DNA from: a virus | Taxonomy: Duplodnaviria; Caudoviricetes | Reading direction: 5' to 3' (one strand) | DNA: 64,000 nt | Virus record (IMG/VR): IMGVR_UViG_3300009705_000015 | Coordinates: 1,016-65,015 of that record | Part shown: piece after piece, positions 39,178 through 50,700 of the stretch | How the letters are laid out: the number at the start of each line of letters is the position of its first letter | Position numbering within the stretch: position 1 is the stretch's first letter | Program-made: the position numbers and the translations under genes | Notes under the pieces: generated by a model | The model's input: only the letters and a program-made list of their open reading frames with translations | What the model was told of the DNA's origin: nothing | Databases searched by the model: none

Positions 39178-42100
39178 TGGCATCAACAACACAGAAAATA
39201 ACCTTCGTCTATTCAAGACAGAAGAATGGTTTATGTGAAGTTCAACGATGGTGGCCAGCGTATATCAAGAATGATGGCGTTGGCGGATTGACCGTTGACC
39301 CCGTTTTATTCCGGTCAACATTTGGACCCGATACAATCGCAGATGAAGGGCGAGGTTTGATGGATGAGGCCAATACTGCTGGTCTGCGTGTCGAGATGAT
39401 TGGATTCGATGGGTCAGCACCATCTGGAACTCCATCACTTGAAATTATCGGCAGCGGCACACTTGATGCACGATGCGTTCTCACCCACGAGGATGGAACA
39501 AAAACCGAATGGAGATTCATTGGACCCAGCGCAGATGGGATTCTGGCAACAGGCTCGGCTGGATATGGTGCATCCGACAGGCACAGAGCCATGTCGATGA
39601 ATGATGGAATGAATCCAGCAACCTTAGCATCATCGGGTCCATATCCTGTATTTGCCACCATGCAAGACTTTGCCGATTGGTTGGATGGATATGTGAATCA
39701 CGGATTCGGTGCATACGTTGCTGGATTTGACGAAAATGCAGCCTCGTATTCATTCTTGCCTGCTGGCCTTATCGAACCCGATACAAGTGCTTGGCCACCG
39801 GCAAATGCTGACCCAAGACAGGATGCGGCAAACAAAGCGGCGATTCCAACCTCAAGCAAAATGTGTGCAACAATTTTCATGCCATTGTTATTGGATAACA
39901 ACCAAATGAGGGATTCTCAATCTGGAAATACCGCCACCAGCGACATAGTGAAGGGGCAATGGGATGGTGCAACCATCGAAACCGGCGCAGGGAACTCCGG
40001 CGCATATTTTAACTTCTATGACGAGGGAATGACTCGCTATGACCAATCGCCGAACCGAGAAGGCGGGGCGGTTATTTACAAACAATTAGGGAACTCCGGC
40101 GACCATAAGCCAGCAAAGGTTGGTTCTTATCATACAACCGACCCAACATACAACCCAGACAACATAGATGATTTCATCAATAATGATTCCGACCCATCAT
40201 CATCGGCATATGGGGGTCCATCATATCGAATGCGAACTGCACTTGCTTGCTTCTTGAAGGATGGAACGTATTTGCTCACCGGAGGCTCATTCATCCCCTA
40301 TATCTATGACCCAGCACGAACCATTGGCGGCTCGAATGGCAACACTTGTTATGCGGTGTGGAATGGCGATAAGGGAATAGCAAACACACCGGCTGAAATC
40401 CTCGCCGTTGATACAGATGAAATGTCGTCAGCACAGATATTCCCATTGACGGAGTTCGTGCAGGGTCCACTTTGTTCTGGGGCGCAGGGATGGAATTGGG
40501 ATGCCGATGTTGATGGATTGACAACCTATATGAATTGGATTTATTACACACAAGAGCAAACCGATTTGAAGGCTCAATATGATACTACAACCTATTCAGG
40601 GCAAACCCGACCGAACTCATGCACTAAAATTGGTCAACCCAGACAAGGTTTGGTTCGACCGAATCCCATCCGAGCCAAAATATATGCGGCTGAACAAATC
40701 GGAACAACGAATGCGACAGGATTGGCGGGGATAACCACAGGTGAATGCAAGGGAGTTCTGAAGGTTTGGATTGAGAAAATGGGAACCAAATCGGTTCATG
40801 TTCCAAGCGGTATGCCCGTGAACTTAGACTTCTTGGGATTGATGGATGGAACAAAGGATATTGTTGGGAACAACGATGTGCAATATATGATTGGAACAAA
40901 TACCCCCAAAGTCGGTGCAACCGAAAATTATCAATTGGGCGATACAGGAACGGCGGCAACAACCGGAACTTTACTCGGCGTTTCACGTTCAGGCTGGTGG
41001 ATTCCATCAATTTCAACCACCCTCACGGCGGTCAATAAATCGACAATTGTTGCTGGTGCAACCGGCACATTCACGGGTGTGTTGTTGGAGTTCTATATCA
41101 ATCAAGAAGTGGATTTGCCAGACATTGCATCATATGAAGAGGGTGGATGGGCTTGTCAGGGCTTGATGGGTGGTGCAGAAGTTCAATATGGAACCGGCAC
41201 ATACACAACAGGGTCTTGGCCATACCAACCTCTCAATGACCCAACAAATGGAACTCTCGGCGGCACGGGTCAGAAGTATTCGCCAAATGCAAAAAACAAG
41301 TATAATATCCCAGCGGCTCAATTTGATGGCAAAAACGCATTGCCATTCTATTCTTTTCCAACAGGACTTGGATGGAATGCAGGCTGGAATCAAGCGGGTC
41401 AAAATGTTCCAACGGCGGCGGGGCATGATTACAGGCACCCAACCGTTGCCGTCAATTCACCACAGGCCACATGGGTTTCAGACTTTTCTGGTTATCAAGA
41501 CGACCAACAAATAACACCACGAGGATTGTCAATCGTGGCAGCCGATGATAGTCGATACCTAATGACTCCGACTGCTCAAGGAATCGGCGGTGGAATGTTG
41601 AGATTGCCAGCACCACCCAATTTTGGTCTTGCTGACTATTACTATTCCCCAACAGAAGTGCTACATCTCGACGATGGCACTAATGCGCCGATTTACGGCG
41701 ACTTCTCTGGATATTTTGCCTATGGACCCCTTGATGTTGCTGCTGCAGACAGTTCCATATTTAAGTCAGATACGACCGATGCGAGATGGCGAAGCAAATC
41801 AATGGTCATGCCATTATATTCATACATGGAAAATCGAACCGGCGATTCTGGATTCGATAAGACCCTCCCATCGTCTTGGAGAGTCGGTCGAAACCGACCT
41901 TATCCAATCCACGAAAGGATAGGCACTAAGGGTGGTTATGGACCCCTGTCTGGATTGAATTATTGGGCGATAAATAATGCAAATGCGGCTCACAGCAGCA
42001 ACCGCCCACAGGTTGGTGAAGAGACCATTATGACAGGATTGGCTGAAATAGGCTGCTCTCCGATTTGGCTTGACTTGACTATTCGAGCGTGGTGGCCAAC

Positions 42101-44141
42101 CCAAACCGACCGCATGACTCTAATTGAGTTCGATACGGGCGCACCCTCAATGTATCATGGCAGACACGCATTCACGACTCGTGGAACTGCAATGGCAGAG
42201 TCAATGAGAAGTGGATTCTTGCCTCGAAGTCAAGGTGGTTCAAGTTCCAACAGACCCGAATGGACTTCTTGGGAGTCGATGATTATTAACTCACAGGTCA
42301 GCCAACACATTGGGAACACAGAACTGTTCATCTGGGGCGGCTCGAAGACCTTTGACTCAACCGGATTCGATGCGGCTGCATGGAAAAACACCCTCACCAA
42401 TCCAGCCAATGGATGGATATTCAATTCGGCAATGGGGTCAAACAATGTTGGATGGGGCAATATGTCTAATGGATATGGAACAGGCACACCCACCACCATT
42501 TCAGAAGGTTATCACACTATCCGAACAACATTCGATGAAGAGGGAATGCTTCTCAACATTGATGGCACTACAATCGGCAAAGACTTGAACGTGAACAATC
42601 CGGTTTGGGGCTTCGCCATTCAAATGTCGAATGCCGGTGGTGCTGGCGCACGGGCTTCAACCTCACCAATCATTGACCCAAATAATTACTATCTATTCCC
42701 ATCAGGGATGGCATACAATAAGAGCCAAGCCGATTTGCAGATTGATGAAATGGTTGTTCGTCAAATACCATCTCTCCCAATGACACCATTCCCCGTTGAT
42801 ACAATTACGCAGCAGGTTGCTGGGGTTGGAAAATACACAGCACTATCTATCGAGGCCGATAACATTTCAGTCAACGCTGGAATGAACGTGAGAGTCTCAA
42901 TTTGTCCGGTGTCGGCAAATGTCGGCGGTCGTGAGATTGAAGGAGGAACTCCATACACCGGATTCAGCAACATGGATTGCGGCTTCGTTGGTGGATATGG
43001 CTCTGTCGATTTATCCACCTTGCCAGCCGATGCAATCACCAATGGATTCGTTATCCGATTCCTGTTTTTCACCCCAACCGCTTCTGACCCATCCCTCCAG
43101 CCTGTGAATTGGTCTTCGACACCAATAGTTCGAGCATGGACTTTGGAATATGACCTATCTCCGACATCAACAATTGCTTGCACGGGCAACACATTCAACG
43201 GCGACACCGTTGCACCAATCGACACGAAGGTCGGACACATAGTATCATTTAGAGGAACTGCAACCACCACCGATATTGACAGAACAATGTCGTCAGTTCG
43301 ATTCAATTTTGGAGATGGCGTGTCAACCGATTGGTTGCCATTCACCGACCAAACCCTTCAAAGCAACACATTCGATACGGCTCATTCTTATCTGACAACA
43401 GGAACTTATTCAGCAACACTTGAAGTCAGAGATGATGTTGGGAATCTCGCCACATCAGCGGCCTTGAGCGTGGTTGTTGCCAATGCACCTCCGGTCGCAA
43501 TCCTCCGTGCTGTGCCTTCTTTGGTTCGTGCTGGAGATGTTTGCACTTTGGATGCAACCGATTCATTCGATGTCAATGCCGGTGGCTCTTTGACCTCATA
43601 TACATTCGACTTTGGAGATGGCTCTGGAACAATCACGCAAGGCACACCAACGGCTCAACATACATATGCGGCGGCTGGTGAGTATCGAGCGACTCTCACA
43701 GTTCTGGATGCAGATTCGGCGGTATCTCAAACAGCATCGTCGATTGTCAAGTGTTTGCCAGCAACCCTCATTGTTCCATTAGTCTTCAACACCAAACCAA
43801 GAGCATTCAATCGCACACGCTCGGCGGAGATTGGCATGACTCCGGTTCTTGATGCGGTCTATCCTGAAATGACCGATACGGGCAATCGGTCAGATACGTT
43901 CTCATTGTCTGGAATGTTTTTGAAATCGACAGCCAATTCCGATATAGGATTCGTCGAAGAATTACTGCTGACGGGCGCACTTGTTGAGTTCCTGTATGAG
44001 AATGTTGACTATGTTGGCAACCCATCTGGCAAAGTATTCACAGGGCGAATCACTTCATTCGATTATGAACGTCAAGGCGGCGAACATGGCCAAACCCCAT
44101 ACACGATAACTTTGGTTCGAGAAGCCGGACTTGGAGTATGA
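39177..44141 (+). CDS. large tail protein with C-terminal PKD domains
   Basis: Follows the tape measure gene; FNFGDG and FDFGDG...HTY...GEY.ATLTV PKD motifs. Confidence 0.8.
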   Translation: MASTTQKITFVYSRQKNGLCEVQRWWPAYIKNDGVGGLTVDPVLFRSTFGPDTIADEGRGLMDEANTAGLRVEMIGFDGSAPSGTPSLEIIGSGTLDARCVLTHEDGTKTEWRFIGPSADGILATGSAGYGASDRHRAMSMNDGMNPATLASSGPYPVFATMQDFADWLDGYVNHGFGAYVAGFDENAASYSFLPAGLIEPDTSAWPPANADPRQDAANKAAIPTSSKMCATIFMPLLLDNNQMRDSQSGNTATSDIVKGQWDGATIETGAGNSGAYFNFYDEGMTRYDQSPNREGGAVIYKQLGNSGDHKPAKVGSYHTTDPTYNPDNIDDFINNDSDPSSSAYGGPSYRMRTALACFLKDGTYLLTGGSFIPYIYDPARTIGGSNGNTCYAVWNGDKGIANTPAEILAVDTDEMSSAQIFPLTEFVQGPLCSGAQGWNWDADVDGLTTYMNWIYYTQEQTDLKAQYDTTTYSGQTRPNSCTKIGQPRQGLVRPNPIRAKIYAAEQIGTTNATGLAGITTGECKGVLKVWIEKMGTKSVHVPSGMPVNLDFLGLMDGTKDIVGNNDVQYMIGTNTPKVGATENYQLGDTGTAATTGTLLGVSRSGWWIPSISTTLTAVNKSTIVAGATGTFTGVLLEFYINQEVDLPDIASYEEGGWACQGLMGGAEVQYGTGTYTTGSWPYQPLNDPTNGTLGGTGQKYSPNAKNKYNIPAAQFDGKNALPFYSFPTGLGWNAGWNQAGQNVPTAAGHDYRHPTVAVNSPQATWVSDFSGYQDDQQITPRGLSIVAADDSRYLMTPTAQGIGGGMLRLPAPPNFGLADYYYSPTEVLHLDDGTNAPIYGDFSGYFAYGPLDVAAADSSIFKSDTTDARWRSKSMVMPLYSYMENRTGDSGFDKTLPSSWRVGRNRPYPIHERIGTKGGYGPLSGLNYWAINNANAAHSSNRPQVGEETIMTGLAEIGCSPIWLDLTIRAWWPTQTDRMTLIEFDTGAPSMYHGRHAFTTRGTAMAESMRSGFLPRSQGGSSSNRPEWTSWESMIINSQVSQHIGNTELFIWGGSKTFDSTGFDAAAWKNTLTNPANGWIFNSAMGSNNVGWGNMSNGYGTGTPTTISEGYHTIRTTFDEEGMLLNIDGTTIGKDLNVNNPVWGFAIQMSNAGGAGARASTSPIIDPNNYYLFPSGMAYNKSQADLQIDEMVVRQIPSLPMTPFPVDTITQQVAGVGKYTALSIEADNISVNAGMNVRVSICPVSANVGGREIEGGTPYTGFSNMDCGFVGGYGSVDLSTLPADAITNGFVIRFLFFTPTASDPSLQPVNWSSTPIVRAWTLEYDLSPTSTIACTGNTFNGDTVAPIDTKVGHIVSFRGTATTTDIDRTMSSVRFNFGDGVSTDWLPFTDQTLQSNTFDTAHSYLTTGTYSATLEVRDDVGNLATSAALSVVVANAPPVAILRAVPSLVRAGDVCTLDATDSFDVNAGGSLTSYTFDFGDGSGTITQGTPTAQHTYAAAGEYRATLTVLDADSAVSQTASSIVKCLPATLIVPLVFNTKPRAFNRTRSAEIGMTPVLDAVYPEMTDTGNRSDTFSLSGMFLKSTANSDIGFVEELLLTGALVEFLYENVDYVGNPSGKVFTGRITSFDYERQGGEHGQTPYTITLVREAGLGV

Positions 44142-44274
44142 TTATACGACCGATATTGACTCCAATACATCGGAATATCAATACGAACTTCGAGAGTATA
44201 TGAACTCCGCAAAAAAGAACCTAAGTATTGATATACCGACACATTGATATAGTCGAGGCTACACCATTCAAATT

Positions 44275-44696
44275 GTCCGAGCATCCAGCCGAACACCCGA
44301 CTCCCCCAAAGCGGGGCTGAGAACGGTGGGAGTCTGGCGGCTAAGACCGATGCGCCTCCGCATGAAAAGTGCGGGGGATAAAATTGGAAACGAGAGCGAT
44401 TAGAGTCCTCAAGCCTTGAGCCTCCAGAGTCTCCCAAGCAGGTTAAAATGTGCGGGATTACGGCATGGTAGCAAGACAGGATTAGTGTCCACCCTTTGGC
44501 GAGGGTGGTTGGGTATATGATTTGTTTGCGAATATCAGATATTCACAGAACGCACCGACTTCACCTATTTACACGGTGATGTCGATTGTCAGTATGTGTT
44601 TGCTCTCGTTCCCCTGCCTGTCAGAAAGAGTATCGGCGCACTACGCCAAGTGTGTCGAGAGGGTATCTGGCAAGGGTGGGCGCATCGGTTTGGGCT
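44275..44696 (+). ncRNA. candidate large structured ncRNA, about 420 nt
   Basis: Class A promoter 44227-44253 with no ATG at +30; long-range helices 44344-44356/44679-44691 and 44389-44398/44601-44610; several local hairpins. Confidence 0.7.
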
Positions 44697-44752
44697 TCTT
44701 ATTCCATTGATATTACCAAAGCATTGATAAGGGGGAACTGCCAGCGTTGGAT

Positions 44753-45097
44753 ATGACCCAACAGTCAAAGCCAACCAGCCTAAAAGACCGAATGACCAAA
44801 ATGGGGCAAAATAGCCTTTATCCTAATCACATCATCCACCCGATGATGCCAACGGATGCAACCCCTTTGATGCAGAAAATGGTTGAGAACTTTTGCTCTT
44901 ATAATGATACATGGGTCAGCACCCACATGGATAGAGACTTTCTCCTTAGCCTAAACAAATCGCAATACCAATCTCACCGCAATGGCTACAACGCCTCTCC
45001 TGAACAAAGCGAAGCAATCAACGCTCTCGTTGCAGCAGAAGTCTTTGAACTCAATACCACATACAAGCCGGTTCTTATCCTCATCAATTGGGTTTAA
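44753..45097 (+). CDS. hypothetical protein (class A cassette)
   Basis: cattgatattaccaaagcattgataaggggg then ATG at +29. Confidence 0.65.
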   Translation: MTQQSKPTSLKDRMTKMGQNSLYPNHIIHPMMPTDATPLMQKMVENFCSYNDTWVSTHMDRDFLLSLNKSQYQSHRNGYNASPEQSEAINALVAAEVFELNTTYKPVLILINWV

Positions 45098-45141
45098 TCA
45101 AAAGCGAATCCGTGATAAGCCCCAAGCGTTCCACTTGAAGT

Positions 45142-46968
45142 GTGGTTGACGATAGCATAGAGCGATTCCACCGGCTGGTGCGGTCGCCAGAGGATGCGAT
45201 GGTGATTACACCACCTCAACCCCTTCTCGATGAGATAGAGCGTCTTGGACAAGACCCTCGCCGACCACGAACAGCAATTGCGAGATGGGCTTCAAGAATC
45301 TGGTTGGAACACGCTCACACGGCTCGGCTCGAAGGTATCTCCGATAATGAAATTGATTCCACGCATAGTGAAAAAGAATTGATGGAACGGCCATCTCATT
45401 ATCCTGATGATTGGGGTCTTGATTTGATTCCATTCCCATCCGACTTGGGCGGTTCATGGACACGAGATAAGACAACAACGCTCGCATACACCAGCCTCAC
45501 CACACCAAGACCATTCGACCCTCAATTGCATGGTGATGTTGGAACCAGCCCAGACCAAGCACTTGGGTTTGGATATAATTATCAAGGCAAATCGGGATTC
45601 CCAGACCAGCACGACATTGTTGCTCGTCGTGGCGGGGGTCCTCGTGGCGGATTCGCAATGACGACGGGTCCAACAGAAGGTGCATATCCCACAGCAATCC
45701 TCCCACAGCCCGTGTTCAATTTAGGGCGTCTGGGCTTCTCTAATGGAGGTTGGAATCCTGAAGGGCTACAATGGACAAACAGACCCAAGAGGATGCGCTT
45801 AGGAGGTCTTAGGAACGGCTGGGCGCATCGTGTGTTCTTCGCTCGCTCTCGTCGTGTGATGTTCCGCAATTTATTCGGTGCGATTTCAGAAGACGAAGCG
45901 ACTCCACTATGCCCGACCGTAGTGGTCAATGGAATGAATGACCTTCATGGAATACTATCGGTTTCAATGGACAAGACGTTCAATGCACCAACAATTTGCT
46001 CTATCGAAGTCAATAACCCATCTGGTCGTCGAACAGGAACTATCGTCGTTGGCGATACGATTCAGATTTATGCAGCACCGAGAACTTGGGCTGACCCTCC
46101 TTTGGTGTTCACCGGATATGTCTCCGAGATTAACGAATCGACAGAATCAATATCAGTTCGATGTTCAGATGCTCTCGGCTATCTCGGAATCGAAGTTATC
46201 AAATCCGAGCCTCATTATTATCAAACAGATGCGGCGACCGTTATCAAAGACTTCATTGCTAATTCAAATTATTCGCCACCAATCGGTCGGATATTGAATC
46301 AATCATTCGTTATCCTCCCAGCAGGCATTCTCTTTGCTGGAATGACAAGACTCAAAGCGGTGCAGGGGATATTGAACATCATCAACAGCACACCAAATCT
46401 CATTCAATTGTATTGCTCGCCAGATGGAATGATTTGTATGAAGCGGCTCAAAGAAGTTCACGATTCGACAACCATTCCGTATGTTGGAGGGCGACTCCCC
46501 AGAACTGCATCACCTCAAGACTTCTATGCTACGGGAATTGAACGTGAAAGCGGAGATTCAACGGGATTCAATGTGGTCGTGGTTAGCAATCCAAAATTGA
46601 ACATATTGGTCAGCATTCCGGTGAAGGGTTCACTTGCTTATCCAAACATTCCGGTTGAAAGAATTATCAAAGACGAGTCGATTATCAATGACAATCAAGC
46701 CAAAATGGTCGGGGAATATATGTTGAATACTCAAGGATTGGCGAAGACCAGATGGGTCGTTGAAGGAATCCCAGAGCGATTGGATATTGAAACCGGACAA
46801 ATCATGGAGTTCGCATCGGTTGAGGCGAGTCTTGCAGGGCGACAAAGGATATTCAATGTGTCTTGGCAAATCAGCCCAGCAATGTCAACCATGACTTTGA
46901 ATGTTGGCCGACAAGCACCAGACCTGCTCTCGACTTTGAAGTTCGCAGCAGGAATAAATCAGGGCTGA
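45142..46968 (+). CDS. baseplate hub / tail-tip protein (gpD/Tal-like C-terminal half)
   Basis: VFTGYV...VRCSD and hub-like architecture; position in the tail module. Confidence 0.6.
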   Translation: MVDDSIERFHRLVRSPEDAMVITPPQPLLDEIERLGQDPRRPRTAIARWASRIWLEHAHTARLEGISDNEIDSTHSEKELMERPSHYPDDWGLDLIPFPSDLGGSWTRDKTTTLAYTSLTTPRPFDPQLHGDVGTSPDQALGFGYNYQGKSGFPDQHDIVARRGGGPRGGFAMTTGPTEGAYPTAILPQPVFNLGRLGFSNGGWNPEGLQWTNRPKRMRLGGLRNGWAHRVFFARSRRVMFRNLFGAISEDEATPLCPTVVVNGMNDLHGILSVSMDKTFNAPTICSIEVNNPSGRRTGTIVVGDTIQIYAAPRTWADPPLVFTGYVSEINESTESISVRCSDALGYLGIEVIKSEPHYYQTDAATVIKDFIANSNYSPPIGRILNQSFVILPAGILFAGMTRLKAVQGILNIINSTPNLIQLYCSPDGMICMKRLKEVHDSTTIPYVGGRLPRTASPQDFYATGIERESGDSTGFNVVVVSNPKLNILVSIPVKGSLAYPNIPVERIIKDESIINDNQAKMVGEYMLNTQGLAKTRWVVEGIPERLDIETGQIMEFASVEASLAGRQRIFNVSWQISPAMSTMTLNVGRQAPDLLSTLKFAAGINQG

Positions 46969-47161
46969 TATTGGATTCGATATGAAAGTCGCTGATTTCA
47001 GCAACCCCCCAGCGGGTTGATGAAATGCAATTTGACGTTCTATTTGCCTGTCATATTGAACTCAATAGCATTGTCGATGTTTCAGGCTGGCTCGAAACGA
47101 CCGATTTCATTGCTGATTAAAGAACCAAAGCATTGATATAGTGGAATGCACACCGTTGTTT

Positions 47162-47665
47162 GTAGCCGGAACATCAGGCCACCGACGACCCTCGACAATA
47201 ACCGACCACTTTTGAGTCGGCTGGCGGGGATTATTTGAAACGCTACACACCTCAACATGGTGGATAGGGTGCGTGAGTCTCCTTCGAGGAGAACGGATGA
47301 AATAGCCACCTCCCAGATGTTGAGGCGTTCTAAAGACGAGCCTGTGCAGCACCTCGTGAACATCACTTGGTCAGACACCAGCGGAGAACTTAAAGTGGAA
47401 TTGGTTGAAAACCAATGAGAACGGGAGGCATGAGTCTTTCTCCCTCGTTTCAAATACATGGTGAGAATCTCTCCCTTAGCGGGGAGGGTCGTTGCCTTCA
47501 ACCGCACAGGGGGGAGGTCAATCAGAAACATCGAGTTCGTCTTTATTCGGGTGCAAACCGGAACTGAAAGGGTGGCGGGGGTGTGGGCGACAAGCGAAGA
47601 GTTCTATCAACCTCACCGATGATTTGGTTTAGCGACCATCTCATCGGTGCTGGTTGGCCACTTCA
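47162..47665 (+). ncRNA. candidate large structured ncRNA, about 500 nt
   Basis: Class A promoter at 47116-47142; nested helices 47183-93/47484-94, 47232-42/47446-56 (perfect 11 bp), 47250-58/47317-25, 47614-22/47641-49. Confidence 0.75.
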
Positions 47666-47719
47666 CCTTCTTTCATCCTTAGCAACAACCACTTAAAGCG
47701 GCGAGGATTACCATTTGAT

Positions 47720-50700
47720 GTGCCACCAGCGCCAGCAATAACCCCCTCCACAGGAATGCCGGTTGATACGGTGGATATGATTCCACCAATCGGGAGTCGG
47801 GGCTTGCCCTTGACCCTCGTTTTTCACGATAGCATTGACGACACCATTGCCGATGCAGCCAATTCCCGTATGGCTCTCTGGGATGAAGCGGTTTGGACAC
47901 CGAGAGCGACGAATGCGGTCGGTGCATCTGGAACTGTAATCAATCCCAAAGGGGTCGTGCCATCAACAACAACATTCGACAAATCAAGTTATCCACCAAC
48001 ACCAACCAATCTCGGAATGGAACAAATCCCAAGAGCGTTTGGATTGCGAATCGCAACAACCGCACCCAGATTGAATCATGCGAGAGGGCATTTGCTTCAA
48101 GGACAAACAGGTCAAGACATTGGGGCGAGTCGCCACTATCCAGAACAAGTGAAAGGAACTTGCGGATTTGGAGGCTTGTCGATTACAGAAGCGGGTCAAT
48201 TCACATCTCATCCAACAGAAGGCTACACATCGGCTCGTGCTGGGAATCACACTTGGTCTCAAACATCAAGGTCTCAAACATCTCAATTTGACCAGATGGC
48301 CGGAATGCCATTCGTTGAAGGAACATTCTCCAGCACAGAATCCACATGGATTGGGGGTCCTCAAGTGGCCAACATAGCCCACAGTGTTGCTGGCGATATT
48401 CCATCAAATGGTCTTGGGATAATTTATGGAGATAAGCACAATTCACAGTTCCAAACCACGCTTGTATCGAGTCCGATATTGTCAACGGCGACAACGTGTG
48501 GAATCGCTTTCACCGAAGACGAACATACATTCTCATCTCATTGGGTCATAAATCTCCGAACAGACCAACCATTCGTTGAAACGGGTCAAGACATTTCAAT
48601 GCCAGATGGATTGACAGGCTGGTCAGTGATGGGTCAAGCGTCTGCTCGCCATGCCAATGCTGCGTTCAGTGGTGAAGACACCATCCAACAAATCCTCACA
48701 CACGATGCAATATCCAATGGCACAGCCCCACCTCAATCGAAGGAAAACACGACTCTTGGTCGTGTTGATTTGGGCGCAAGTGTGGTTGTCGATTCAGCAG
48801 GTTTGATTGGATATGAAGGTGTGATTGTAGCCAGCGCATTCTTCGCACCAACGAGAGACACCGACCCGACCCAGATTCAAGGTGCAATATCCAACGACAC
48901 CACCTCGAAGGGCTATGCGGGGATTAACATTCAAGTTCATAGTGGAATGACGGCCAGACGAAACCAGACACCATTGATTGATACTGGACCCGAACCCTAT
49001 CTCTATGGAACCGATGGTTTAGTAGTCATGCCAATGACCGATATGGTCAAGACATATGCAGGTCGAGGAATCGGACACACTGTTCCAGCCTCAACAAATG
49101 CAAACAACACATGGGTTCGGAACTTTGGTCGTGTCAGAGATGATGGGTCGGGATTGCCAAGTCAAGCCCCAGCGGTTGGCGATACCACCGCCAAGCCATT
49201 TGGGAATGGGCTAATCGAACGTAAAGGGGCGGGTCGAGCCACTAAAATTGTTGGCTCGAATGCGTGTTCGGTTGGTTCGCCAGAGTCGATTGATTTAGAA
49301 TACAGCACAGGCCGTTGGATTGCAGATGGAGTTCCAACCAAAGTTCAAGTCATTCCCTCAATTGTTGGCTACACCGATGTGGTTGTTGCTGCCGGTGCTG
49401 CAAAATTAGCAGCCAATCCCGCAGCACCAAACCAAACATTCCGCAAGCCAATCGTGGATTATCACGTTCTGGTATCGGTTATTGACCCCAATAATGTTCC
49501 TGCTGCGGTTGCCGATACTGACCCAGCGAACACGAACATTGGTCAACCAACGAACAGGAATGCGCCGATGTCAAATCGACTACACATTGATGCTAATTAT
49601 CAAGACATTCCATGCACTATTTATCACGCTATTTTCAGAATTGACCCGACCAATCTGGAACAGATATTTATTGAATCTGGTGCTGGAGTTATGGCCGGTT
49701 TGGATGCCACCAATTTTGATTGTAAAGCATCCATCATCCCTCGTCATTCTTTCACCGATGGTGAATATGCTCAACAAGGTTGGGGTCTTCACCAAGCGAC
49801 ACCATTCCGACCGATAGCATTGGCCGACTCGAATACTCGGATTCCAAAATTATGCGCCGCCATCGAGGCTGGTGGATTCTATCAACGAGGTGGGATTTCA
49901 CATCTCTGGGATGCCTCCATCTATGAAGGTGAACTCTTTGTTGGGGCTGATTTCATTGACTCACATGACCTATGTGTAGCCACCGGCACGAAGGATGGCC
50001 ACACCACATTTGGTGTGTTTGGCAATGGTCAAATATGGCCAGATGGAACTCCATCCCCTCAACGACCAAAGGGAACTGAATTGATGGTGTGGCGATACTC
50101 GCCGACCCTCGACCCTCTTTGGACTAAAGACACCACATTTGCCAGCAATCCAATCAAGGATATGTTCCCAAAGTCAGTGGTATCGGTGGCATATGATACC
50201 TCTTGCGACACCATGACGAGAGCATCCACCGACTTGTTGAATATATCACGAACTGCAATCGGAATCGGTGCGGTCTGGAATCTCCACGATTGGGTTATGC
50301 CACAGATTGAAATGATGAGATATTTGGGTCGTGAAGAGAAGGATGCGGTGGTTCATCCTTTATCATCACAGGCTGCATCTCCACCTCTCCCCATCTATCA
50401 CCCAACGCTTCATTGTTCCAGCCTGCGAATCATGGAGGATGGTCGGATGGCTATGGCGGCGGTGCATATCGACTACATCAAAACCGAGAATGATTATCCA
50501 GCGGTTGACATCAAATATCCTTTGAATCCTGACCTTGACACGGGCGGTTGTCCTGCTGGATATTACCAATCTGGTGGCAAGTGCATTCCACTTGATGGTG
50601 GTCAAAGCGACAATCCATCGGGATATGGTTCAGACCCAGCATCTGGAGATGTAGTTCCCGAACCAACCGGCGCACCATCACCCGTCAATGGGTCAGGTGG

